A DNA stretch of 32,000 bases from Corynebacterium amycolatum (GTDB lineage: Bacteria; Actinomycetota; Actinomycetes; Mycobacteriales; Mycobacteriaceae): assembly GCF_049243625.1 (NCBI RefSeq), contig NZ_CP046975.1; one strand, written 5' to 3'. The position numbers and the translations under genes were made by a program. Below are positions 1 to 8,529 of this stretch, piece after piece; position 1 is the stretch's first letter; every line of letters starts with the position of its first letter. The notes under the pieces are model-generated. The model was not told the origin of the DNA. It saw only the letters and a program-made list of their open reading frames with translations, and did no database searches.

Positions 1-1449
1 CCGCGGATTTGGATACGGCAGTGCCGAGTTGCGCCGGCGCCGCGCTTCCTCCACCTCTTCGCGGGCACGGGCCTCTTCTTGGCGACGCTGGTAGGGAGTG
101 CGTTTTTCGCTCTGTGGCCGACTGGCCTCCTCGCGGACACGCTGTACCAGCTCGGCCTCATCATTCCAGCCGATCCAGCCGGCAACTTCGCGGGCATACT
201 CATCGCGCAGCGCCGCGTCCTTGAGCTGGGCCAGGACAGGCACCACGCGGCGCAGCCCGGAGACCCTGCCATTAGCGGTGGTCAGGTCGTAGTCGGCCAG
301 AAGCGTGCGGAGGACAAATTCGATCAATGGCCGTCGTGAAGCGACGAGATCGCGCACTGCGGCCTCGCCCTTCTTCTGGCGCAAATCGCACGGATCCATG
401 CCGTCCGGCGCGACCGCGACGTATGACTGGCCGGTGAAGTTCTGCTCCCCCTCGAAGGCGCGCATGGCGGCCTTCTGCCCTGCCTCGTCGCCGTCGAAGG
501 TGTAGATGAGTTCGCCGCGGAAGAAGTTGTCGTCGAGCATGAGACGGCGCAGCAGCTGGAGGTGTTCCTCGCCAAAAGCGGTACCACAGGACGCGACGGC
601 CGTGGTCACACCCGAGGCGTGCATGGACATGACGTCGGTGTAGCCCTCAACGATCACGGCCTGGTGGCCAGCGGCAATGTCCTTCTTGGCCAAATCCAGG
701 CCGAAGAGCACCTTGGACTTCTTGTACAGCATGGTCTCGGGAGTGTTCATGTACTTGCCCAGGTTGTCATCGTCGAAAAGCTTGCGGGCACCGAAGCCGA
801 TGACATCGCCGGACATATTGCGAATCGGCCACATGAGACGACGGTGGAAACGATCGATCGGCCCCATCCGCCCCATCTTGGAAAGACCCGCCTTATCCAG
901 CTCTTCGAAGCTGAAGCCCAGACGCTGCAGGTGCTTGGTTAGAGTGTCCCAGCCGGCCGGCGAGTAGCCACAGCCGAACTGTGCCGCGTGCTCGGCGGTG
1001 AATCCACGGTTTTCCAGAAACTCTCGCGCGGGTGCTGCCGCTGGCGTGGAGAACTGTTCGCGGTAGAACTTCTGTGCCTCGCGGTTTGCGGCGATGAGAC
1101 GCTGTCGGGTTCCCGGTTCCTCGCGACGACCTGTGCCGCCGCCCTCATAGTTAATGTGGAAGCCAATTTTCTCCGCACAGGCTTCGACAGCCTCCGGGAA
1201 AGACAGGTGTTCCATCTCCATGAGGAAGCTAAATACATCACCGCCCTTGCCAGTGGAAAAGCAGTGGTAATAGCCATGATTGGGGCGTACGTGGAACGAC
1301 GGCGTGCGCTCGTCCTTAAAAGGCGAAAGCCCTTTCAGAGAATCCGCGCCAGCCGGTTTGAGGTTCACGTATTCCGCAACGATCTCCTCAATCGGAGTCC
1401 GCTCGCGGATCGCCGCGATATCGGAGTCCGGAATTCTTCCCCTAGCCAT
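1..1449 (-). CDS. dnaG: DNA primase DnaG, first 483 codons (3' end lies beyond the window start)
   Basis: Absent from the ORF track because it has no stop in the window. Hand translation of the reverse strand from ATG (complement of 1447-1449) stays open to base 1. It reads MARGRIPDSDIAAIRERTPIEEIVAEYVNLKPAGADSLKGLSPFKDERTPSFHVRPNHGYYHCFSTGKGGDVFSFLMEMEH... TOPRIM-type motifs follow (VIVEGYTDVMSMH, TFDGDEAGQKAA). Confidence 0.93.
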   Translation of the reverse strand, partial: MARGRIPDSDIAAIRERTPIEEIVAEYVNLKPAGADSLKGLSPFKDERTPSFHVRPNHGYYHCFSTGKGGDVFSFLMEMEHLSFPEAVEACAEKIGFHINYEGGGTGRREEPGTRQRLIAANREAQKFYREQFSTPAAAPAREFLENRGFTAEHAAQFGCGYSPAGWDTLTKHLQRLGFSFEELDKAGLSKMGRMGPIDRFHRRLMWPIRNMSGDVIGFGARKLFDDDNLGKYMNTPETMLYKKSKVLFGLDLAKKDIAAGHQAVIVEGYTDVMSMHASGVTTAVASCGTAFGEEHLQLLRRLMLDDNFFRGELIYTFDGDEAGQKAAMRAFEGEQNFTGQSYVAVAPDGMDPCDLRQKKGEAAVRDLVASRRPLIEFVLRTLLADYDLTTANGRVSGLRRVVPVLAQLKDAALRDEYAREVAGWIGWNDEAELVQRVREEASRPQSEKRTPYQRRQEEARAREEVEEARRRRNSALPYPNPR

Positions 1450-1569
1450 GAAAATAACCTTACCCAACCCGTCCAATCGACTCCGCCGTAGAGGTTTCGC
1501 TTAACGACGAGCCGCCCGCGCCCAACCCAAAAACGTTCCGGTGGCAACAGATATGGAAAGATACTAGCC

Positions 1570-2088
1570 ATGGCTGAGTGGAAGAAGATTGCGAGCGGCG
1601 TAGGCGCTGCCGCCCTGGTGCTAGCTGGTAGCTATCTGGGGCTCGATGGCGGAGATCAGAACTCTACGGCATCCGAGAACTCACAGGGGTCGCAGAATTC
1701 CGAATCGCAGACTTCCGCTGCGCCCAGCTCGAAATCGAGTCCGAAGCCTGGCACTAATTCGGGCAGCAACAAGACTGGCGCCAAGGGCGCCACCTGCGCA
1801 GTAGATACCCTGCCGCAGGAGGCCGACGATGTTATCGACCGCATCCTGACCGACCAGGACCACATCTATTCGCAGCACGACGGCAAGCACTTCGGCAACT
1901 ACGAGGGACGCCTGCCGAGGCAGCGCGGTGACTACTACCGCGAATACACCGTGACCACACCGGGTAATTCCAGCCGCGGCGCACGTCGCATCGTTGTCGG
2001 CGGCGGTTCCGAAAATGACCCGGATGTCTGGTACTACACCGACGACCACTACGAGAGCTTCTGCGAAATTCCAGACGCGGAGGACTAG
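1570..2088 (+). CDS. Secreted or membrane-anchored guanyl-specific ribonuclease, N1/T1/RNase Sa family
   Basis: 172 aa. The N-terminus has a hydrophobic segment (GVGAAALVLAGSYLG), followed by a Ser/Asn/Gln-rich linker. The C-terminal ~95 aa carries the RNase Sa-type signature YREYTVTTPG..SRGARRIV...YYTDDHYESF plus a flanking Cys pair (ATCAVDTLPQEA ... SFCEIP). A GGAAAG SD-like element lies about 12 nt upstream of the ATG. Confidence 0.85.
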   Translation: MAEWKKIASGVGAAALVLAGSYLGLDGGDQNSTASENSQGSQNSESQTSAAPSSKSSPKPGTNSGSNKTGAKGATCAVDTLPQEADDVIDRILTDQDHIYSQHDGKHFGNYEGRLPRQRGDYYREYTVTTPGNSSRGARRIVVGGGSENDPDVWYYTDDHYESFCEIPDAED

Positions 2089-2092
2089 ACAA

Positions 2093-3385
2093 CTATCCCC
2101 ACGCCACGGCCACACCAGCAATCTGGCGATCAAGCCGCTCTACACGCGACTCCGTCATCGACGCTAGCTGATCAACGATAACCCGCAGCCGCGCTTGGTC
2201 ACTCTCCGCCCGGGAGTAGAGCCACTGGAACATCGGATCAAGCGTTCCCGGAGCCCCCTCCTGCAGATACTCAGCCACCCGGAAAAGGCGATCGCGCTCA
2301 CGCTCCTGACGGCGAATATGACGCGGAAGATCCATCACATACAGCACGGCGATGGTCTTCAGCATGGTGACCTCCGCCAGAATCGAGCTGGGCACGGCGA
2401 GGTCCGCGTCGTAACGCCCGAGCGGAAGCGTCGATCCGGAGGCAGCACGCGTACCCGCGACGGAAGCTGTGACAAAACGGCCGACCAACTCCGAGGTCAT
2501 ACGTTTCAGCGCAACCAGCGAGCGCAGCGAACCATCATAGGACGCCGCAGCTGATACCACCGGCAAGCTGGCAAGACGCCCGGCAGCTTCGACGAGCTCC
2601 GCTGGATCGCCACCAAATGCGGCAGCGCCCTTGTCAGCGAGCGCGGCCAGCTCCACTGTGTCCCACAGAACGCCCAGATCAACGCGGCCAGATACGATGC
2701 CATCCTCGACATCGTGGACAGAATAGGCGACATCGTCAGACCAGTCCATAATCTGCGCCTCAAGACACTGCTTGCCGTGCGGAACGCCCTGTCGAATCCA
2801 CTGCAAAATCGCGGCATCTTCCTGGTAGGCCCCGTACTTGTGGCGGAGCTGACCATCGGGACCGATTGGTGTCCACGGGTACTTACAAGCCGCATCGAGC
2901 GCCGCCCGCGTGAGATTGAGTCCACAGGGCTCACCTGTACCATCGAGCACTTTCGGCTCTAGGCGAGTGAGAATACGCAGCGTCTGAGCGTTGCCCTCAA
3001 ACCCTCCGCAACCAGCAGCAATCTCGTTGAGGGCGCGCTCGCCATTGTGGCCATACGGCGGGTGCCCGATGTCATGCGTCAGGCCCGCCAGCTCCGCGAG
3101 ATCCTCATCTGCACCCAACTCGCTGGCGATTCCACGGGAAATCTGCGCGACCTCCAGCGAGTGAGTCAGGCGTGTGCGCGGAGTATCGCCCTCCCCTGGC
3201 CCCACAACCTGGGTTTTGTCAGCCAGCCTGCGCAGCGCTGCGGAGTGCAGGACGCGAGCGCGATCTCGTGCAAACGCCGCCCGGTGGGTTTCCAAGGTCT
3301 GCACTCCGGGCAGCAATGACTGCTTCGGAGACTCCTCGACGATACGAGCGAGTTCAAAAGATGAATACGAAAATTTACCGGCCAC
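2093..3385 (-). CDS. dgt: dGTP triphosphohydrolase-like HD-domain protein
   Basis: 430 aa with HD motifs ([29 protein letters not shown]). The start codon is GTG (complement of 3383-3385). It neighbours dnaG, as in other Mycobacteriales. Confidence 0.9.
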   Translation of the reverse strand: MAGKFSYSSFELARIVEESPKQSLLPGVQTLETHRAAFARDRARVLHSAALRRLADKTQVVGPGEGDTPRTRLTHSLEVAQISRGIASELGADEDLAELAGLTHDIGHPPYGHNGERALNEIAAGCGGFEGNAQTLRILTRLEPKVLDGTGEPCGLNLTRAALDAACKYPWTPIGPDGQLRHKYGAYQEDAAILQWIRQGVPHGKQCLEAQIMDWSDDVAYSVHDVEDGIVSGRVDLGVLWDTVELAALADKGAAAFGGDPAELVEAAGRLASLPVVSAAASYDGSLRSLVALKRMTSELVGRFVTASVAGTRAASGSTLPLGRYDADLAVPSSILAEVTMLKTIAVLYVMDLPRHIRRQERERDRLFRVAEYLQEGAPGTLDPMFQWLYSRAESDQARLRVIVDQLASMTESRVERLDRQIAGVAVAWG

Positions 3386-3413
3386 GTAATTATTGTTACG
3401 TATCCTTGTAGAT

Positions 3414-5447
3414 ATGTCTGACAGGAATCGCGTGTTTCGCCCCCTTTACCTTGCCGCATCGGGTGTTTTCCTCGGCCTGAGCATGCCGCTCATCACAACT
3501 GCACTGCCGACACAGTCGCCGGTTCATGCGCCCGCATCGCTGCTGGCACTCGCACCGTCAACATCCCTGGCGCACGCCGAGGCACCGGCGGATGCGTCAG
3601 GTGACGTGGACGATCTCGCAGGTGTGCTGAGCGGTGTCGAAAAGGCTCGCTTAAAGGAGCAGATTCAGCAGCTCAAGACCGACAAGCGGCTCCTGTTCTC
3701 GGTGTTTTACATCAAGAGCTTCGACGGCATTCAGGGCGAGCAATGGGCGCAGCAGGCCTGGGAGCACCTCGGCGCTGCTGACAACCGCGGTGTCCTGGTC
3801 GTCGCCGTGGAAGACCGCAACCTAGGCGCTTTCGTCGGCAACTCCTTCCCCAGCAACGCAGAAGCCGTCAACAGCGCAGCTCAAGGGCAGTTGTTAGAGG
3901 ACGACAACTGGGCGGCTGCGGGCGAAGCTGCCATCGCCGAGGCAGGCGGTGGCAGCGGCTCCGCCGGTGGGTGGGCACTCGGCGCCGGCCTCGGTGGTGC
4001 CGCCGTTGTCGGTGGCACCACCTGGGCCGTGGGCCGTCGCAATAAGAAGAAGCGCGACGAGGAAGAGATTGCTCGTGGCCGCAACATCGACCCCAGGGAT
4101 GTCTCTTCGCTGGACTCGCTGAGTACCAGCTCGCTCGATGTTCTTGCGCGCGATGAGATTGTCAGTACCGATGAGTCCATCCGCAAGGCCAGCACTGAGC
4201 TCGACCTCGCTCGCGCCGAATTCGGTACCGAGCGCATCCGCAGCTTCGACAACGCACTGAAGCACTCCCAGTCGACGCTCGAGCGCGCATTCACCCTTCG
4301 CCAACAGCTTGACGACGGCTCCGTATCCGACGAAATCGAGCGCCGCAGTGTCCTGCTGGAGATTATCTCCACCTGTGGTGTAGCGGATGACCAGCTCGAC
4401 GGCGAGGCCGCAAACTTCCAGAAACTCCGCCAGGAGTTGATGAATGCTGAAGCGACCATTTCGAAGCTCACTCAGCGAAGTGTCGAGCTGCGCTCTCGTA
4501 TGCCGCGTGCCGGCGAAATTCTCGACGGTCTGCGCGCACGTTACGAAGAGCAGATGCTCAGCTCTGTGACCGACAATATCGACATGGCCACGGAGCACCT
4601 TAATCAGGCTGACCAGTCAATGACTGAGGCCCGCCGCATGGCTGACCTGCCCGCCGGTGAGCAAGGTGGTCTGATTGATGCACTGTCGGCCACCGACTTT
4701 GCGCTCACACAGGCAGAGAGTCTTCTGGAGGCCATTGAACACGCCGATAGCGATATTCACGCTGCAGTCGCTGGACTGGCTTCCCTTATCGCCGAGGTCC
4801 GCGGTGAAATCGATGAGGCCTCGCACCTGATGTCGGCACCGCAAGGCGCTAACATCAACCGCGAGCGTCTCAATGCGGCCATCGAAGCAGGCCGTGAAGC
4901 ACTCGGCGTGGCAGCCAATAAGTCCGAATCGGATCCACTGAGTTCCTGGACCGCACTGACCGATGCCGATGAGCTGCTCGACGAAGCCCTGGACTCCGCT
5001 CGAGACAAGGCCGCGTCGTTCGCCCGCGCTACCGCCACTTTGCAGCACAGCATGCAGGATGCCGACAATCACATTCGCGCCGCAGCTGACTTGATTGCTA
5101 CCCGCCGCCGTGTGGTTGGCGCTGAGGCTCGCACTCGCCTCGCAGAGGCGCAGCGTGCTTACGGCTCTGCTCAGGGCTTGGCCAATGACGATCCGCGAAA
5201 GGCGTTGGCCTACGCACGTCGTGCGCGCAAGCTCGCCGCTGAGGCCGCTGACTTAGCTCGCCGTGACATCCGCCGCTACCAGGATCAGCGCCGCGGTGGC
5301 GGCAGCAACGGTTCGATGATCGCCGGCATGGTGCTGGGCAGCATGCTCAGCAACAACAGCGGCTTTGGTGGCAGTATCGGCGGTTTCGGCGGTTTCGGCG
5401 GAGGTTCGAGCCGACCAGGCGGCTCCGGCAGCACAATGGGCTTCTAG
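3414..5447 (+). CDS. TPM-domain membrane protein with long helical cytoplasmic region and Gly-rich tail
   Basis: The track ORF 3393-5447 begins at TTG; the ATG at 3414 (MSDRNRVF...) is preferred. Order of elements: signal/TM segment, TPM-like block ([24 protein letters not shown]...[17 protein letters not shown]), Gly-rich TM segment ([34 protein letters not shown]), ~400 aa A/E/R/L/D-rich helical region, and the tail [16 protein letters not shown]. The start codon is uncertain. Confidence 0.75.
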   Translation: MSDRNRVFRPLYLAASGVFLGLSMPLITTALPTQSPVHAPASLLALAPSTSLAHAEAPADASGDVDDLAGVLSGVEKARLKEQIQQLKTDKRLLFSVFYIKSFDGIQGEQWAQQAWEHLGAADNRGVLVVAVEDRNLGAFVGNSFPSNAEAVNSAAQGQLLEDDNWAAAGEAAIAEAGGGSGSAGGWALGAGLGGAAVVGGTTWAVGRRNKKKRDEEEIARGRNIDPRDVSSLDSLSTSSLDVLARDEIVSTDESIRKASTELDLARAEFGTERIRSFDNALKHSQSTLERAFTLRQQLDDGSVSDEIERRSVLLEIISTCGVADDQLDGEAANFQKLRQELMNAEATISKLTQRSVELRSRMPRAGEILDGLRARYEEQMLSSVTDNIDMATEHLNQADQSMTEARRMADLPAGEQGGLIDALSATDFALTQAESLLEAIEHADSDIHAAVAGLASLIAEVRGEIDEASHLMSAPQGANINRERLNAAIEAGREALGVAANKSESDPLSSWTALTDADELLDEALDSARDKAASFARATATLQHSMQDADNHIRAAADLIATRRRVVGAEARTRLAEAQRAYGSAQGLANDDPRKALAYARRARKLAAEAADLARRDIRRYQDQRRGGGSNGSMIAGMVLGSMLSNNSGFGGSIGGFGGFGGGSSRPGGSGSTMGF

Positions 5448-5455
5448 ATTCCCGC

Positions 5456-5872
5456 CTAGATTCGCATCTGGCGTGGTCCATCCACAGACCACGTCGCCAG
5501 TGCGGCGGCAATCAGCCAGTCTTCGAAACTCCCCCGGAAGTCTCCCTCCTGGGCATAGACACCAAATACCCCGCGGCCTAGGCTATCCTCTCTGACGATT
5601 CGGGCGAGCTCATAGCCTGGGCGCTCGATGTCGAAGACCGTACGAATTCCCCGTCCTTCTCTGTTGAGGACGAAAGACTCCCCCTCGTCCGAATTCGTCA
5701 TTACTAGCGCGTTCGTGCTAAAAAAGCGGGCTTTCACCTGCCAACCACGCCCTTGTGGCGAGGTGATCCAAAAAGCACTAAAGACCCCGTCCTGACAGCT
5801 CCAACCGTCGGACAGGGTCTTCTTGTTCTCGTCGTAAACGACGCCGTCTGCAATAGTTGCTACACGATCCAC
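5456..5872 (-). CDS. Hypothetical soluble protein (orfB), second gene downstream of glyS
   Basis: The track ORF 5456-6073 has an Arg/Pro-rich, out-of-frame-looking N-terminal part that overlaps orfA. The plausible start is GTG at 5872 (or TTG at 5878), overlapping the orfA stop by 13-19 nt. The product is ~138 aa: VDRVATIADGVVYDENKK...FDIERPGYELARIVRE...EDWLIAAALATWSVDGPRQMRI. Codon third-position GC bias resembles neighbouring genes. I recognised no family with confidence. Confidence 0.55.
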   Translation of the reverse strand: MDRVATIADGVVYDENKKTLSDGWSCQDGVFSAFWITSPQGRGWQVKARFFSTNALVMTNSDEGESFVLNREGRGIRTVFDIERPGYELARIVREDSLGRGVFGVYAQEGDFRGSFEDWLIAAALATWSVDGPRQMRI

Positions 5873-6429
5873 ACCCAAATCATATAGGCAATCAGCAAGA
5901 GCAAGCAGACAGTGAGAATCCAGGTTGAGGAAACCATGCGGGACTCCAGCACTCGACGAGCACTGTAGACCAGGAAGATTTTCTCCTCTTCCGGCAGCGC
6001 ACGGCCTTCGTCGGTGTCGAACTGCACCTCTGCGTGGCGCACGCCACGGGACGCACCGGTGAACTGGCCCCACTTCTCGCCGGTCTTTGCATTCTCGATG
6101 ACGTAGTTCGTCGATCCCTCACACACCAGCTTGCCTTCGGGGCGATCCGGCGCAAAGGTCACTGAAAGCTGCTTGGCTCGCGAAATCTTGTCACGGTCGG
6201 CAGCAATGGTCGAGAACACGCGACCGTCGGGAAGCGTGGCGGAAACACGGTGATTAGCAGAGGCGTCAATAACCCACTCCCCTTCCGGGGTGTTGAGGCG
6301 ATCGCCCTGCTCATCACGGCTGTACGTGCCGATTTCGGTGCTTTCCTTCAGAATCGGCCAGGTCTGCTCGGATTTTTCCCGGGAGCCGTCGCCGAGACTA
6401 TAGGATTCCCAAAAAACTTCTTCGGCCAT
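5860..6429 (-). CDS. Hypothetical protein with extreme C-terminal hydrophobic helix (orfA), coupled to glyS
   Basis: 189 aa. The ATG (6427-6429) shares one base with the glyS TAA stop (TAATG). The N-terminal ~160 aa is polar and the protein ends in STWILTVCLLLLIAYMIWVWIV. Codon usage is coding-like. Confidence 0.65.
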   Translation of the reverse strand: MAEEVFWESYSLGDGSREKSEQTWPILKESTEIGTYSRDEQGDRLNTPEGEWVIDASANHRVSATLPDGRVFSTIAADRDKISRAKQLSVTFAPDRPEGKLVCEGSTNYVIENAKTGEKWGQFTGASRGVRHAEVQFDTDEGRALPEEEKIFLVYSARRVLESRMVSSTWILTVCLLLLIAYMIWVWIV

Positions 6430-7814
6430 TAGCAGCCCACCAGGCGACCGGCGAAGTAGCTCTCCAGCTCGTCAATCTTGACGCGCTCCTGCTCCATGGT
6501 GTCGCGGTCACGGACGGTCACAGCGTTGTCTTCGAGAGTATCGAAGTCAACGGTGACACAGAACGGAGTACCAATCTCATCCTGGCGACGGTAACGACGG
6601 CCGATAGCACCGGAGGTGTCGTAATCGACGGCCCAGTGCTGGCGCAGCTTGTCCGCGACCGCCTCAGCAGTCGGAGTCAGGGTGTCCTTCTTCGACAGCG
6701 GCAGAACAGCAACCTTAACCGGCGACAGACGCGGGTCGAGCTTCAGCACGGTACGGGTGTCGGTGCCGCCCTTTGCGTTCGGCACCTCTTCCTCGGTGTA
6801 GGCATCGCACAGGAAGGCCATCAGGGCGCGGGTCAGGCCGAAGGACGGCTCGATGACGTACGGGACGTACTTTTCGCCGGTGACCTGGTCGTGGTAGCGC
6901 AGATCTTCCTTGGAGTGCTCGATGTGGCAGCCGAGGTCGTAGTCCGTACGATTGGCGACACCCATCAGCTCGCCCCACTCGTTGCCCTGGAAGTGGAAGC
7001 GGTACTCGAAGTCAATCGTGCGTGCAGAGTAGTGCGCGCGCTCGTCCTTCGGAACGTCGAACTGACGCATGTTCTCCGGGTTAACGCCCAGGTCGATGAA
7101 CCAGTTCCAGCAGGCGTCGACCCACTCGTCGAACTTCTCTTCCGCCTGGTCCGGTGCGACGAAGTACTCGATCTCCATCTGCTCGAACTCGCGAGTACGG
7201 AAGATGAAGTTACCCGGGGTAATCTCGTTGCGGAATGCCTTACCGGTCTGGCCGATACCGAACGGTGGCTTCATACGAGCCGTGGTCATAACGTTCTTGA
7301 AGTTGACGAAGATACCCTGAGCGGTCTCCGGACGCATGTAGTGCAGGCCCTGCTCATTGTCGACCGGGCCGAGGAAGGTCTTCATCAGACCGGAGAACAT
7401 CTGCGGCTCGGTCCAATTGCCCGGCTGACCGGTCTCCGGGTCCGGAACGTCTGCCAGACCATTGGCCGGCGGGTGACCATGCTTGGCCTCGTAGGCCTCC
7501 AGCAGGTGGTCAGCGCGGTAGCGCTTGTGGGTATGCAGGGACTCCACCAGCGGGTCAGTGAAGGTAGCGACGTGGCCGGAAGCTTCCCAGACCTGGCGCG
7601 GCAGGATAATGGAGGAATCCAGGCCGACGACATCCTTACGACCGGTGACGAAGGTCTTCCACCACTGGCGCTTGATGTTTTCCTTCAGCTCCACACCCAG
7701 GGGACCGTAATCCCATGCCGAGCGGGTACCGCCGTAAATTTCACCACACGGGTAAACGAATCCCCTGCGCTTACACAGGTTGGCGACGGTATCGACAACT
7801 GACTTAGGTGCCAC
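6429..7814 (-). CDS. glyS: Glycine--tRNA ligase (class II, dimeric GlyQS type)
   Basis: 461 aa of unmistakable GlyRS sequence ([14 protein letters not shown]...[14 protein letters not shown]...[25 protein letters not shown]). The start is GTG, with AAGGAG 11 nt upstream. Confidence 0.95.
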   Translation of the reverse strand: MAPKSVVDTVANLCKRRGFVYPCGEIYGGTRSAWDYGPLGVELKENIKRQWWKTFVTGRKDVVGLDSSIILPRQVWEASGHVATFTDPLVESLHTHKRYRADHLLEAYEAKHGHPPANGLADVPDPETGQPGNWTEPQMFSGLMKTFLGPVDNEQGLHYMRPETAQGIFVNFKNVMTTARMKPPFGIGQTGKAFRNEITPGNFIFRTREFEQMEIEYFVAPDQAEEKFDEWVDACWNWFIDLGVNPENMRQFDVPKDERAHYSARTIDFEYRFHFQGNEWGELMGVANRTDYDLGCHIEHSKEDLRYHDQVTGEKYVPYVIEPSFGLTRALMAFLCDAYTEEEVPNAKGGTDTRTVLKLDPRLSPVKVAVLPLSKKDTLTPTAEAVADKLRQHWAVDYDTSGAIGRRYRRQDEIGTPFCVTVDFDTLEDNAVTVRDRDTMEQERVKIDELESYFAGRLVGC

Positions 7815-8004
7815 GGTCTAGACCACTCCTTATAAATGGCTTCGCATCGCACACCACACGCCTTTTCCGGACACTCGATTCAGCCCGTTCCGTGCGGCGA
7901 ACGACGTAATGAAAAGCAAAATGTACTGACCCCAACAGGCCAGTTAAAAGTTCCCCTATACTCTAGCGCATCTTGTCCAACCGATACCGGGTAGTGTCGT
8001 TTAC

Positions 8005-8499
8005 ATGGCTGGCGAAGATATGCACGAAGTTAGTTCTGGCGAAAACCCACGTGGTACGGGCTCCTCCGCTAGCCCCGGGGCGCACGCCTCCGCGCGGCCG
8101 ACCGCAACGCGCATCGGCCAGCGCAGTACTCGCCAACGCCGCGCCGTCGTGTCGATTATGAGTGAAGCGCCGAATTTTCGCTCCGCAGCTGACATTCATA
8201 AGTCGCTGACGGAACGTGGGGACAAGGTCGGCTTGACGACGGTCTATCGGACGCTCCAGTCCCTTGCAGAAATGGACATTGTCGATGTTCTGCACAATGC
8301 CTCCGGAGAGGCTCTCTACCGGCTGTGCGGTGACCACCACCATCATCACCTAGTCTGCACCGATTGCGGCAGCACCGTTGAAGTCGCTGGCGGACCCGTC
8401 GAGCAGTGGGCTCACAGCCTGGCGGAGGAGCACGGTTTTAATCTGACCGGACACACTGCCGAGGTCTTCGGCCTGTGCAGGGACTGCCAGAAGAAGTAG
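8005..8499 (+). CDS. zur: Fur-family metalloregulator, Zur (FurB)-like
   Basis: 164 aa. It has a winged-helix block (RSTRQRRAVVSIM...LTTVYRTLQSLAEMDIVD) and the motifs HHHHHLVCTDCG and CRDC. The position next to glyS and uppS matches zur in Mycobacterium and C. glutamicum (from memory). About 35 aa of low-complexity N-terminal extension precedes the fold, and there is no later in-frame start that would keep the DNA-binding helix. Confidence 0.82.
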   Translation: MAGEDMHEVSSGENPRGTGSSASPGAHASARPTATRIGQRSTRQRRAVVSIMSEAPNFRSAADIHKSLTERGDKVGLTTVYRTLQSLAEMDIVDVLHNASGEALYRLCGDHHHHHLVCTDCGSTVEVAGGPVEQWAHSLAEEHGFNLTGHTAEVFGLCRDCQKK

Positions 8500-8529
8500 C
8501 CCGGCTCATCTCCCCAAAAAATACCGGCT

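Noticed and set aside
79-1504. Multiple 60-170-aa track ORFs on both strands in the first 1.5 kb
   Set aside because: All overlap the hand-translated, strongly DnaG-like minus-strand frame (1-1449) and have Arg/Pro/Ala-rich out-of-frame composition.
5873-6073. N-terminal 67 codons of the 205-aa track ORF (5456-6073)
   Set aside because: This part overlaps orfA in another frame and reads as Arg/Pro/Cys-rich nonsense (MGPVHRCVPWRAPRRGAVRHRRRPCAAGRG...). Coding-like sequence only begins near the GTG/TTG at 5872/5878. I considered a frameshifted single gene, but orfA ends in a complete hydrophobic helix and a clean stop.
6636-7802. 388-aa plus-strand ORF spanning almost all of glyS in antisense
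   Set aside because: Long stop-free antisense frames are expected in GC-rich genomes. The product is low-complexity (R/V/L/G/A-rich) with no recognisable motifs, while the minus frame is unmistakably GlyRS. The same reasoning applies to 19089-20621 (anti-fadD), 14862-15857 (anti-dnaJ), 13910-14854 (anti-rsmE), 17183-18022 (anti-hemW), 24326-25207 (anti-dcp), 10299-11093 (anti-era), 11750-12319 and 12483-13097.
7906-7926. Possible Zur box (GTAATGAAAAGCAAAATGTAC) in the glyS-zur spacer
   Set aside because: Only the left half resembles the AATGAAAA half-site I recall for actinobacterial Zur boxes. The sequence is not palindromic, so I do not call it.
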